This document shows, one piece after another, positions 38,085 through 48,402 of a DNA stretch of 64,000 bases. The notes under the pieces are model-generated. The model worked only from the letters and a program-made list of their open reading frames with translations. It had not been told where the DNA came from and searched no databases. Made by a program: the position numbers and the translations under genes. Each line of letters begins with the position of its first letter. Position 1 is the first letter of the stretch. Source of the DNA: Saprolegnia diclina VS20 (Eukaryota); contig NW_008246113.1 in the NCBI RefSeq assembly GCF_000281045.1, forward strand, positions 253,720 through 317,719, in the 5' to 3' direction.

Positions 38085-41034
38085 CTACACCGTCGGCGGA
38101 CCCTTGGTCAACGCATCGAGCTTGGCCTGCAGCTTCTGCTTGGGCGTGAGCTGCACGCCGGGGGCGGGCGCTTCGGGCTGCTCCATGTTGCCGTAGGTAC
38201 CTACATCAACATTGAGCTGCAGACTCGTACAAGCGTGGCATGTACCGCCGCGGATGCCTCGGAGGCGCTTCTGCAAGAGAATGCCACACACGGCCAGCGG
38301 TAGTAGGAAGAGCGCGACGAGGAAGACGCAGAGGGCAATGTTGAGGCAGAGCCCAAGCAGATCCTGGCACAGCAAGTCATGCACGATCGCATACTCTTGG
38401 TTGATCCACGAGCAGCCTGCGTCACTCGTACACTCGACAGCGTTGATTTGACTCCACACACTGAGCTTGGTCAATGGCGGCAGCTGCGTCGTCACGAACG
38501 CATTGAGCTTGGTCGCATACGTCAGGCCCGCGTTCAGAAGACTCTGACTGCCGCCCGGCCAGCCCTTGGAGTTGTTGTAGTTGGTGTTGCCCTGGTAGTC
38601 TTGGTTCATCATGTACAAGGTGCTCTGGATCTTGGCAGCGGCTTTGGCGTACACGCGCGCATCCTGGAACGAGACCAGGCACGCCGAGCCTGGGTTACAC
38701 TTTTTCTGCATAAAGCACAGCGACGGGTCCCTACGACGACTTAGATCTTATGCAAAAGGCAGTGATGAACGCACGCATCATCAGACTTGCAGCCCGAACT
38801 CGCGAGCGTCGACTCGTAGAGGTCCCACGGCGTCTCGAGCTGTTCAACCTTCGATGCCGTTACTTTTTGCGGCGGCATGTCGCGCACGGCCGCCGAGAGC
38901 AGCGTCGCTTGGATGTCCGCCGAGTAGCCAAAGTCTCCGAGGCTGTAGACCGTAATCGGGTTGCTCTGGAGCTGCTGGAAGGCCGTGAGCGGCGCCACCT
39001 AGCCTCGTTTTCAGCGCTATGGTTCGTAAACATCTAGGTCCTACGCTCTGGGCGACCGAGAGACGCTCGTAGAGGCCACACGAGGCCGTATACGCCGGCG
39101 TCATTTGCAGCGCGGCGAGCGTGCTTGTACCTACATTGTCCTTTCATATTCCATCCTTCGATGGCACAAGTACCTTGGATGCATGACGTGAGGATGCCTG
39201 AAGTTTCTGCCGAAAAGTACGGGGCCATGTTGTTGACAATCATGTCGAGGTACTTGCAGCCGTCGTACCTACAGTTGATACAAAGTTGATACACAGTTGA
39301 TACAACATAGACGCAAAAACCTACCAGAGCGCCGAGACTGCAATCAAGAGCGAGGCAACGACAAAGCTGATGATGCAGAGAAGGACACCGAGGATCCAGC
39401 TCACATGCAAGAGGTGGACCATCTTGGAGTTGTTTTTGCACACGCCACGCGCAAAGCCAAGCATGCCGAGGAGCGACACGAAGAGCCCGAGGATAAAGAT
39501 GCATAGCACAAGGCCCGACCGGCCGTACGAGATCTCGTCAAACGACGTCTGCACGGTGCTCACGGCCGCGTTCGAGTTGTTGGTCGCAGCGGCAAGGACG
39601 TCGAGGTTGAACTGCGCCGTGTTGATCGCGTTGAAGAGAGTCGCCGATCCGTCGTACATGGTGGTGCGCGCGAGCTGGAAGGTCGTATCGAGCTGCGACG
39701 CGGTCGTTGCGATCGCAGCCGTAATCGTACGCGCTTGGGTCGTCGCGCCGCCGCAGAGAGCCACCGGACACTGGAGGCACACGCTGTCCTTGTTCACACA
39801 CGTTGTCGGAAACGCACTTGAGTAGGTCGAGTCGATGGCCGCGCCCATGGTCTTTGCGCGTATGAGCAGCGATGGTGGAGGTAGAGACAAGAGTACCTGA
39901 AGGGCCTTGGCACCCGCGACGATCCAGTCGGTGTTGCCGAGCGCCGATTTCATAGCCGAGACGGTCGCCGCCTGGCTGGCTTCGATCGCGTTGAGCGGTG
40001 CGAGGAGGTTCTTGGCGTAGACCTGCGCGTTGGCGAGTACTTCGTTGAGCGATGCAAACAGATCGTGCATCTACGTAACGAAATATGAGAAAAAGACGAC
40101 GGTACATGAGGTTCGAACCCGCGCCGTGACGCTGTTGTTTTGAATATACGCGGCGACGCTGCAGATGAAGATGGCGAGCGAAAAGAGGAAGAAGCTAATG
40201 CCCGGGATCAAGACCGCGCACCACGTGTAGCCTCGCTCGATCGGGTCCCGGCCGCCGCACTTGTTGCACACGCAGCGCAGCACGAAGAACGCCAGAAAGC
40301 CCAAAAAGGTCAGCACCGCCAGCGTGATCCTACCCGTTTGTGAGCTCCTCGATACGTATGCCTAGAGATGCGTACCCTGGTGCAGCGTACGGCACGAGCG
40401 ACTCGGCGTACGTTTGTTGGACCCAGCCCAGCGCCGTATCGATCTGAGCTTGCGTGTACCGGGGCTGGCGCGGCTACAGACAATAGTGTCCATCATGAGC
40501 GTTTAGAGATGATAGGTACGACGGTACGCTAATGTTGGGGTTGGGCGTGGGCCAGAGGCAGTTGGCGAGGCGCTCGCACTGTCCCGGGAGCGCGGCGCAC
40601 GAGCCATTGCCCGGGACGACGATACAGGCGTTGTTGCGGTCGCGCGCCGCATTCGTGCTCGTGTTGGCCACGCAGCGCGTCAGGTCGGCCGCCGTCGATG
40701 TGAGGTGGCAGAACGCGATCATCATGTTGGTGAGCGACGTATTGTACCAGGCGGCGGACTCGGACCGGAGGCCGTCCATAGCCTGCACGGCCGACCGGCC
40801 CTGCAGCACGACGCGCGCTTGGTCAAGCGTGTCGAGCGTCGAGAGGTTCGTCGCTTTGAGGCTGCCTGTCTGCGGCTGCGTCACCTTGGTCGGTGCGTTC
40901 GTCGCCAGAAGGCTCGGGCACTGCGCTGTCCACGAGGCAAAGCCCGTGGCCGAGCACTGGTTCGCGGGCGGCCAGCTCTGCCCATGCACGCTGGCGGCAG
41001 CGATGGCCACTGCGGCGAGGACTCGGACGGCCAT
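38085..41034 (-). CDS. Signal peptide + 5-TM protein with two large Cys-rich loops (prominin/Tweety-like), multi-exon
   Basis: Signal peptide MAVRVLAAVAIAAASVHG; TM1 followed by RCVCNKCGG; TM2; helical loop; TM3/TM4 followed by YDGC; second loop; TM5 LLGLCLNIALCVFLVALFLL. Confidence 0.65.
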
Positions 41035-42004
41035 GAGGTCTCGGCGAATCTCGGAATGACGTCCAAGCCATCGCGCTTGCTGTTTTTAGATCGCTAAAGA
41101 TAGTTTTTCACAGTATTTGTTGAAAAATCCGGATACGTGGTGCAATGTGGCGAGAATAGTGTATATTGAATTTTACGCTACTATGGCGTAAAGAAGTCAA
41201 AAAGAGTGGTGAGAGAGCGATGGCAGCGATGCGTATTAGTGCTTGCACGACGTAGTAATCGGCTTTCGATCCTTCGACTGCCTCCTTGCTGCTGGAATGG
41301 GACGTCGGACCATTGTCCGGATAGTTGCACGTGGCACGTTCTCCGGCGTGTGCCGAAAATAGGCCTACCGTATTACACTATATCGGTGCATTCGGCGGAT
41401 GCCGAAGCCAGCGGTTACAAGCCCGCCATTTTGAAAGATCCCAGTCAGTCCATGACTGTCTTTTGGGGCGCAGAGCAACCTTGCGCTTGCTTGCGGTTGG
41501 TATATAAGGTGTCGACGTATGAGCCACTTCACACGTGAATGGTCGGCAACGACCGAGCCAACGAGGCTCGCACTGGCGATGGCCATAGCGGAGGCAGCGG
41601 CCCGACAGCCAATAAACCGTTGTCAACGTCGTCCGCGTCGTGTGGGACCTAGATCGAACCTATGTGCGGTGGTCGCTTGGGACCCCTGGACGACTACATG
41701 TAGTCACATGGGGTTTCTATGGTATTGAGGTCCTCTGCCACAACCTGTTAAAAAGGCCATGGCATAGACCACGAGCTCGTCTTGGCAGAGGGATGCTGGA
41801 AAAGGCATCGCTCCACCCAGCGCTCCACCCAAGACGATATACCACATTTCCACATGTCCGAGCAGTCCCAAACCAAACCAAACTGGCCATCGAAAGAATA
41901 GACATCGTACAGCCTGCCACGTCATGACCGTTTCAACTGTATGGTATACAAAATCAAAGCTTTAAGGTTGCTGCGACCAGCCGTCGCGACTTTATTATTT
42001 GCGA

Positions 42005-43159
42005 ATGGCGAGCGTCGTGCTGACGTCGCCGCCGCTGGCCGCGCGCATCTTTGGCTTCCAATTTGGCATCTACGAAGACATCCGGCATCGCTTTCTCGAG
42101 GCGCGCTCCTTGACGTTGGTCAAGACCTCTCTCTGGATCGAACGCGTCTACGTCTTCCCGCCCGGCTTTCGGCCCATTCACCACTGCAACGAACCGACAA
42201 TGCCTGTTACCTTCTTGTCCCCGTACACACTCGGCTTAGCTCGCGATTCTTTGTCTGATGCCCGACTGCCGCTGCACCTCGCCATCTACGAAGGCGACTT
42301 CTCCGTGACGCAGCGCATTCTGACCTGTCGCCCAGACCTCGCCTCCGCCGAGGCCATCGACGTCGCCTTCTACTGCACCCGCTTTGCGATTGCCTCGTAC
42401 CTCATGGCCTTGCGGCGCGATGTGCCGCAGCTCGGCGAGCACCTATGGGCATCGACCGACGGAATCCCCTCCGTGGGGCAGCACTTGCCGGAGAGTTGCG
42501 CGACCTACGGCGACATTGCGCTGCTGCAACTACTAAAAACGTACACGACAGTCGGGTGGACAGACAACGTTCTCCGCACAGCCATCACTTTTCGCACGCC
42601 CGACATGGCCGAATACATCTATATCCACGAGCCCGAGACGCGCTTTCCTGGCGCCTTGGACGCGGCAGTAAGAGCCGGCAAGGTTTCCCTCGTGCACCTA
42701 CTGCGTCGCGATGGCTACGCATGCTCTGCCGACGCTCTCTCGAGTGCGGTTGCGCGCGGGTACCTCGACATCGTTCACTTTCTTATCGAGGACGGCGTCG
42801 CGCTCCATTGCGATGCGATTGGCCAGGCCGTGGCTTACGAGCGACGGGATACTGTGGCGTACCTTCTCTCTCTGGCCAACGTCGACTTGGACATCGATGA
42901 CGCACTCGCGCTGGCGCTTCAGCGCGGCGACGCAGGAATCGTCAACGAGATTTTAGCGACGGGTCGTACGAATGTGCCGGCGGGGGCTGTTCTTTCTGCG
43001 CTACAAGAGAGACAATTCGATGTGGCGCGCTGCCTTCTCTTACACAGCGGTGTCATTAACGTCGCTGCCGTTGACGCAGCCCTTCTTGGCAAGAGCCCCG
43101 CGCTGCTTCTTGCACTCCTCCAAGAGTTTGGTATCGAACCGCCGACGACCGCCATGTAG
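42005..43159 (+). CDS. Ankyrin-like repeat protein, family B (left palindrome edge)
   Basis: MASVVLTSPPL..FQFGIYED, RLPLHLAIYEGD, AVARGYLDIVHFL; ends EFGIEPPTTAM*. Confidence 0.85.
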   Translation: MASVVLTSPPLAARIFGFQFGIYEDIRHRFLEARSLTLVKTSLWIERVYVFPPGFRPIHHCNEPTMPVTFLSPYTLGLARDSLSDARLPLHLAIYEGDFSVTQRILTCRPDLASAEAIDVAFYCTRFAIASYLMALRRDVPQLGEHLWASTDGIPSVGQHLPESCATYGDIALLQLLKTYTTVGWTDNVLRTAITFRTPDMAEYIYIHEPETRFPGALDAAVRAGKVSLVHLLRRDGYACSADALSSAVARGYLDIVHFLIEDGVALHCDAIGQAVAYERRDTVAYLLSLANVDLDIDDALALALQRGDAGIVNEILATGRTNVPAGAVLSALQERQFDVARCLLLHSGVINVAAVDAALLGKSPALLLALLQEFGIEPPTTAM

Positions 43160-43298
43160 CAGTGCGTAATTTCTTATTCCAAATGAACAATCCGCCTCAC
43201 GCAGCCCATTAGCCAAGTTAATGACACTCGCACATCATCGCTAGTAGGATTACATCGTCACGCTTCATACATGTAATAAACCCTAATCTCAAAACGAC

Positions 43299-43898
43299 AT
43301 GAAACTCTGCATTGACCTTCCAAACACTGTTTATACGAAACAGCGTTTGCAGTCAGATGCCTCTGCTGCCGCCAAAGCCGCCGCTGAAGGCGCGTCACGA
43401 CGGGCCCACACAAGATTCGACCGTGTTATGTGTAGTATAGTTAGTTTCAGTTCCAGTCTCCTCGATGTCCAAAGCCAAACGAGTGAAGAAGCGCAGGGCC
43501 TCGACGCCACACCCACGTATGAGGAGATGCGGAGAGCGCACGAACTCCTGCACGGACCAAGCCCTCCAGTCGACATCATCTTCTTCAAGAGGGTCATCGC
43601 CGCTGTCGACGCCAGTGGCTCAGCGTTTGCAAGCGTCGCACCAATTTTGTCCTATTCGAGGCGCCAGATCCCAAACCCTATATTGACGACTATTGCGACT
43701 GCCAAGGCGGCCACGCGCACCAGAACCGCGACACCTGCACAGTATGCACACTACCAGCCACTGCTGCTCAAGCGTCTTCAAGAGAATGGAACGAACTGCC
43801 GACCATCGCCATGTAGCGCTCACATCACACCGACGTTTCAATGCACTGTTTGTGATGTGCAAAACACTGTTTCAGAATGCGGCTCAGAAATGATTTAA
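43299..43898 (+). CDS. Hypothetical 199-aa ORF inside the repeat arm (doubtful)
   Basis: ATG-initiated open frame with no recognisable domain; the mirror copy (50114..50712) is frameshifted. Confidence 0.3.
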   Translation: MKLCIDLPNTVYTKQRLQSDASAAAKAAAEGASRRAHTRFDRVMCSIVSFSSSLLDVQSQTSEEAQGLDATPTYEEMRRAHELLHGPSPPVDIIFFKRVIAAVDASGSAFASVAPILSYSRRQIPNPILTTIATAKAATRTRTATPAQYAHYQPLLLKRLQENGTNCRPSPCSAHITPTFQCTVCDVQNTVSECGSEMI

Positions 43899-44020
43899 CC
43901 ACTGTCCGGAGAAGGAGAGATTCTGTCAACAAGAAACAGTGCACCGATCGCAAAACAAACACTGTATATGAAAGAGAAACAAACGGCTGGATATCGACAT
44001 CGATCGTCGATCCCACGATA

Positions 44021-45571
44021 TTAAACGAGCGGCTTGTCGGCCGCCGGGTGCGCGTGGCCGTGCTTGGCGGCGTGGGCCTCGGCCTTGCGCTCCAAGAAGG
44101 CGTGCCACACTTCGCGGCCGCCCTTCTTGAGGTACCAGTAGTAAAAGCCAGCGATACTCACGACGACAGCGGCGACAATGATGATGCCAAACACAAGACC
44201 CGTCGTGCCAGCCTTGAAAAGGTACGTCAAGGCGAGCGCGATGCCCGGCACGATCAAAAAGAGCAGCATCAGAAAGAGACCCGCGACCACCGGCCACCGC
44301 GCGCTGTAGAACGCGAGGCGGCGCGCCCAGTCCAGGATCGGCTTGCGCGTGATCGGGATCGGGTAGAAGAGGAAGATGCCCCAAACGTTGAACCAAAAGT
44401 GCACAAGAGCGATCGCGACAGCGTCCGGCGACCCCGTCACCCACGACGCAAGAAGCGCCGTCACGGTCGTGCCGAGGTTGGCGCCAATCACGATCGGGTA
44501 CACCTGCTCGAGCGTGATGAGCCCGAGACCGGCCATCGGCGTCAAGGTCGAGGTGACCACCGTCGACGAGTGCACGCAAAACGTGATGAGCGTGCCGAGG
44601 AAGATGTTGACGTAGCCGTTAAAGTCGAGCGCCTTGCGGATCGTCTTTTGCGCCGAGCCGCGGAAGAGCTTTTGGAGCATATAGACAAGCGAGACGAGCG
44701 ACATGACGAGGAGCGTAAAGCCGATCGCGAGGCAGATGCCACCGATGGCGCCGCCGCTCATCGAGCCGCTCTTGTACGACGAGAGGAACGCGCCGCCCTT
44801 GAGAAACACCGCCTTCTCACATGTGACCTTGCCGAGCGACACCTTTTCAATCATGCTCTTGTCGACGCGGATGAGCTGCTGCGCGAGCGGGTTGACAATG
44901 ATGTCGACGGGCGACTCAAAGTACGCGTTGGCCTTGCCGCCCGACATGGACATGGAGAGAAGCTCGAGCGGGTGGAAGACGAGCTCGATCGGGAAGAGGA
45001 CGATAACCGACCAGATGTTGTACATGTCGTGGACGGTCGCGGCCGCCATCGCGCGCTCAAACTGGTCGCGCTTGCCCATCTGCGCAAAGGCGACCATGAT
45101 GCAGGTCACGCACGTGCCGACGTTGGCACCCATGATGATCGGGACGCCTTGGCGCACCGTGAGACCCTTGGCACCCACGAGGGCGACGGTGATGGACGTG
45201 ACCGTGCCGGACGAGTGCAAAACGGCGGTCGAGACGACGCCGACCATGAGACCCGCGATCGGGTTGTCGGCAAACGCGAACGCCGACTTGGCTTCGCAGC
45301 CGAGGAGGAGCGAGAACGACTCGCCGATCCACTTGACAGCGACCATGAAAAAGTAGAGCGAGCTCATGGCCAGCACAAAGTAAAAGATGCCCCAGAACAG
45401 CTTCATGTACCACGGAAGGTTGGCGAACGTCTTGTCCTCTTCTTCGAGCTTGATCTCTTCGTCGGCGTCCGTGTAGTCAATGGCGGCGTTGGGCGACCGA
45501 CCCGCGAGGCCCGGCGTCATGACGACGTTGGCCGACTCGGACTGCAGCACCGTTTCCTTGGCAGCGACCAT
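44021..45571 (-). CDS. Na+/phosphate cotransporter, SLC34/NptA (PNaS) family, copy 1
   Basis: Repeated signatures LHSSGTVTSI..GANVGT and VHSSTVVTS..GANLGTT; AAATVHDMYN; IALVHFWFN. Confidence 0.93.
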   Translation of the reverse strand: MVAAKETVLQSESANVVMTPGLAGRSPNAAIDYTDADEEIKLEEEDKTFANLPWYMKLFWGIFYFVLAMSSLYFFMVAVKWIGESFSLLLGCEAKSAFAFADNPIAGLMVGVVSTAVLHSSGTVTSITVALVGAKGLTVRQGVPIIMGANVGTCVTCIMVAFAQMGKRDQFERAMAAATVHDMYNIWSVIVLFPIELVFHPLELLSMSMSGGKANAYFESPVDIIVNPLAQQLIRVDKSMIEKVSLGKVTCEKAVFLKGGAFLSSYKSGSMSGGAIGGICLAIGFTLLVMSLVSLVYMLQKLFRGSAQKTIRKALDFNGYVNIFLGTLITFCVHSSTVVTSTLTPMAGLGLITLEQVYPIVIGANLGTTVTALLASWVTGSPDAVAIALVHFWFNVWGIFLFYPIPITRKPILDWARRLAFYSARWPVVAGLFLMLLFLIVPGIALALTYLFKAGTTGLVFGIIIVAAVVVSIAGFYYWYLKKGGREVWHAFLERKAEAHAAKHGHAHPAADKPLV

Positions 45572-46680
45572 GCTTGGTGGTCAAAAGCAAATGCAAGAAT
45601 GAGGTTGAGGAGCAGAGGATTTTTTGAATATTTTTCAGTGTTTTTAGCGATCCACTTTGTAGCAAACTGGAACGGAATCTCGACCGTCGACCAGATGTGT
45701 GGCCGGTTTGCGCCGGCGCGCAGTACCACGTGGCACCTTTGATAGGCCACAAGAGACATACGACGTGTCAAGATTCGAGCCGGATTCGATCACATCAGGT
45801 TTGAATCTGCTGTGCGGCTGTCGTCGGCGGAGCTTGCCGCCGTATCTGCCCAGACGCTGCTGGTCACGTTACGCTACGTCGCCAGCCGCTCCGTTGCATG
45901 GACAGCGATTGGTTACGTGGCTGTCTCCGTGTACCCATATCCACGTGGACCGTGGCGTGATGTGAGCTCAAGGATCTCGGAAGCTCCTTGATTCGGACGT
46001 CTCCGCTTCCTCTGTCAGCTCCTACGGCCAAGCGCAGCTCGAATCTGGACGGCCGACTGCTTGGATGGACGCCAGCGATCCGCTTCAACGAATCAGCTTG
46101 GCAAGAAACGCTATGGCTCCTCCGCGAAGCTCTAGGATCGCTCTGGGACTGCATCGGGCCCTTTGCTGTTGTAGGGCCGAGGTGTCGATGGTCAGGCTCT
46201 AAGCACTTAGTCGTACGCTTTGCCGTTCGGACCCCACCCCTAAGGCACCCGTGTGTGGCAGAGACGCGTCCTTCCTCTCACGGACGGTCACCATCTGACT
46301 TGCCGCGCATGGACGCGCATCGTGGATGGCCGACGTTATACGCATGGGTACTACAAGTCACCGGCATAAACACCATTGGTGGTGGTTCATGATGGAGCTA
46401 CTGTACTTGAGCACCAGACTGGCAGCAACTACCGATGTTGCTCCTGGGACGCGCTCTGGTTGTTGGGCTGTTGGGACCAACCAGGGAGTGGTGATGTACC
46501 TGTGACCTCTCGACACTGTTCGAGCAGGAATTGGCAGCTGATGTACAGCTCGACTATTGCACACCGGAATGACATGAAAGGACACTTCATTCTAGTGGCT
46601 ACCCTCGCTGCTAGGGCGGCCAGCGACCATAGTATGGACTACGTCGCCATGGTAGCTGCTGCCTAACGCGTAATTATATA

Positions 46681-46894
46681 AACGTGTTTCGCGTTATCTT
46701 CGTTGTTATCAAGATTTTGCATACATAGAGATACATAGAGACTAGCAATCCCCTTCTTTATTCGCGCGCCGGGCTGTGGCTGTGGCTGCGTAGGCGGCGG
46801 CGCGGAGCTCGTCTTTCGCTTCTGTTGCCACCCGGATGCAAATTCGGCCGCGAGTGAAGCCCATGACGACACGCTTCATAAAGGCCTTCCAGGC
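46681..46894 (+). repeat. Dispersed repeat, copy 1 (long form)
   Basis: AACGTGTTTCGCGTTATCTTC..CATAC.TAGAGACTAGCAATC core; ~215 bp alignable with the reverse complement of 62797..62994. Confidence 0.85.
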
Positions 46895-47207
46895 TTTGTG
46901 GTTGGCAGCAAAGCTACGTAGAGGCCAGCGTAATTAGAGTGACAATATTGCGGCAAAGACAGTCTGTGCAAATGTCTACTCTAATGTATAGCACCCCTAT
47001 TCACTGCGCGAGTCGAAGACATGGCCCGCCGTCTCGGCGCCAACTTTTCAACGGAGCAGAAAGAGACGCGCCCTTTCTAGCACCGCCACGTGGCAATCTG
47101 GATTTTCAGCCAATCACAAGCGCTATTGCGCTCACTTTGCACTGTTTTCTACCAATCACCGCGTCGATTGCGCGATGCGTGCCAAACACACCAGTCATTT
47201 TCGTAGT

Positions 47208-47753
47208 ATGAAGTACCCTCGCTGCGTCCTGCTCCTCGTCGCTGCGCTGCTCGCGCTCGCGCAGGCCAAGTCGGCGCCGATCCCGGTGGCCGCTGCCACG
47301 GACGCCCATACGCACGACCTTAGCGTTGCCCGCTTCGCCCTCGACGCGCTCAACGCGCACCTCGCGACCGCCCACGCGATGCAAACCTTCTCGACCCCCG
47401 ACGTGACGCCCGAGGCCGCCAAGGAGTGGACGCTCACGACAACGGACGGCGCGACCCTTGTCGTCCAGGTGGACAATGACGGCGACGCTGCCCAGCAGCT
47501 CCATGCGGCGTGGTCGGTCGAGGCCGACGGTAGCCGCAAGATGGTGTATCACGTCAAGGCGCTCCCGTCGTCATCGGCGTGGGTCCTTGGCCTCGGCGTG
47601 CTCTTCGTCGCGCTCGGCGTCATCGTTGTCATGTCGTCCAAGCCGTCGTCGATTGCCCGCGCGCGTGAACCCCCGTCGTCGCCCAAGGGCAGCAGCTCGC
47701 CGCCGGCGTCGGCCGCGTCGGCCGTCCGCCGTCGCCGGTCCAAGCTCGACTAG
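47208..47753 (+). CDS. Small type-I membrane protein (signal peptide + one TM), unknown function
   Basis: Signal MKYPRCVLLLVAALLALAQA; TM WVLGLGVLFVALGVIVVM; strong GC3 bias; upstream CCAAT boxes and TCATTTT. Confidence 0.75.
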   Translation: MKYPRCVLLLVAALLALAQAKSAPIPVAAATDAHTHDLSVARFALDALNAHLATAHAMQTFSTPDVTPEAAKEWTLTTTDGATLVVQVDNDGDAAQQLHAAWSVEADGSRKMVYHVKALPSSSAWVLGLGVLFVALGVIVVMSSKPSSIARAREPPSSPKGSSSPPASAASAVRRRRSKLD

Positions 47754-48402
47754 ACTCGAATCACTATAACCTTATACCGGAATGCATTGCGTACCGTACC
47801 TTAGACGCAAACGTTCTTGTGTTGTAGAGTCCTCTTCACCGGATCACTCCACTCCCTAGCATCGACAGCATGGCATTCGATACGAATGAACCCACGCAGC
47901 CGTCGCCAGAGTTCAAACGGGGCGACATGTACCGGCTTTGGGCCGTCGCGAAGACCTGTACGGCCGCATGCGGTGAGCCACGCTGCGCAAGAGCGTGCTA
48001 GCTACCGCACCTGTCCATGCTGCCGGCGCCACCGCGTCCTGGACCACGCGAATCATCCATCTTGCTAGTATACTTTTTGCGACCATTGGAATGGACAGAC
48101 GACCGTCAACCTTCAAGAAACCAGAGCGCGGTTGAAGCACCCGGTACAAGCCAGAACTGAAGCGTCGCTACTGTCTTTCTAGATGCACACCGGCACCCAC
48201 AAGTGGCAACGACGCGAGGTAGATTCAAACCTCATGTGATCGAATCCGGCTCGAATCTTGACACGTCGTATGTCTCTTTCGCCAAAGCAACAAGCTAACG
48301 TGGTACCCCGCGCCGGCCCAAGCTCGCAAACAGCTGTTCGACAGTCCAGATTCCTCACCAAGCCAGGCGCAAAACTTTGCTTCGGCGAGATTGCACTTAC
48401 GT

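Larger units (their letters stand above)
43125..45609. repeat. Left arm of ~2.5 kb inverted repeat
   Basis: Near-identical to the reverse complement of 48403..50888, including non-coding DNA. Confidence 0.95.

Noticed and set aside
43877..45742. 621-aa antisense ORF, and its 636-aa mirror at 48225..50135
   Set aside because: Shadow frames of the high-GC3 transporter genes with R/D/G-rich composition. Similar shadows occur opposite most genes here.
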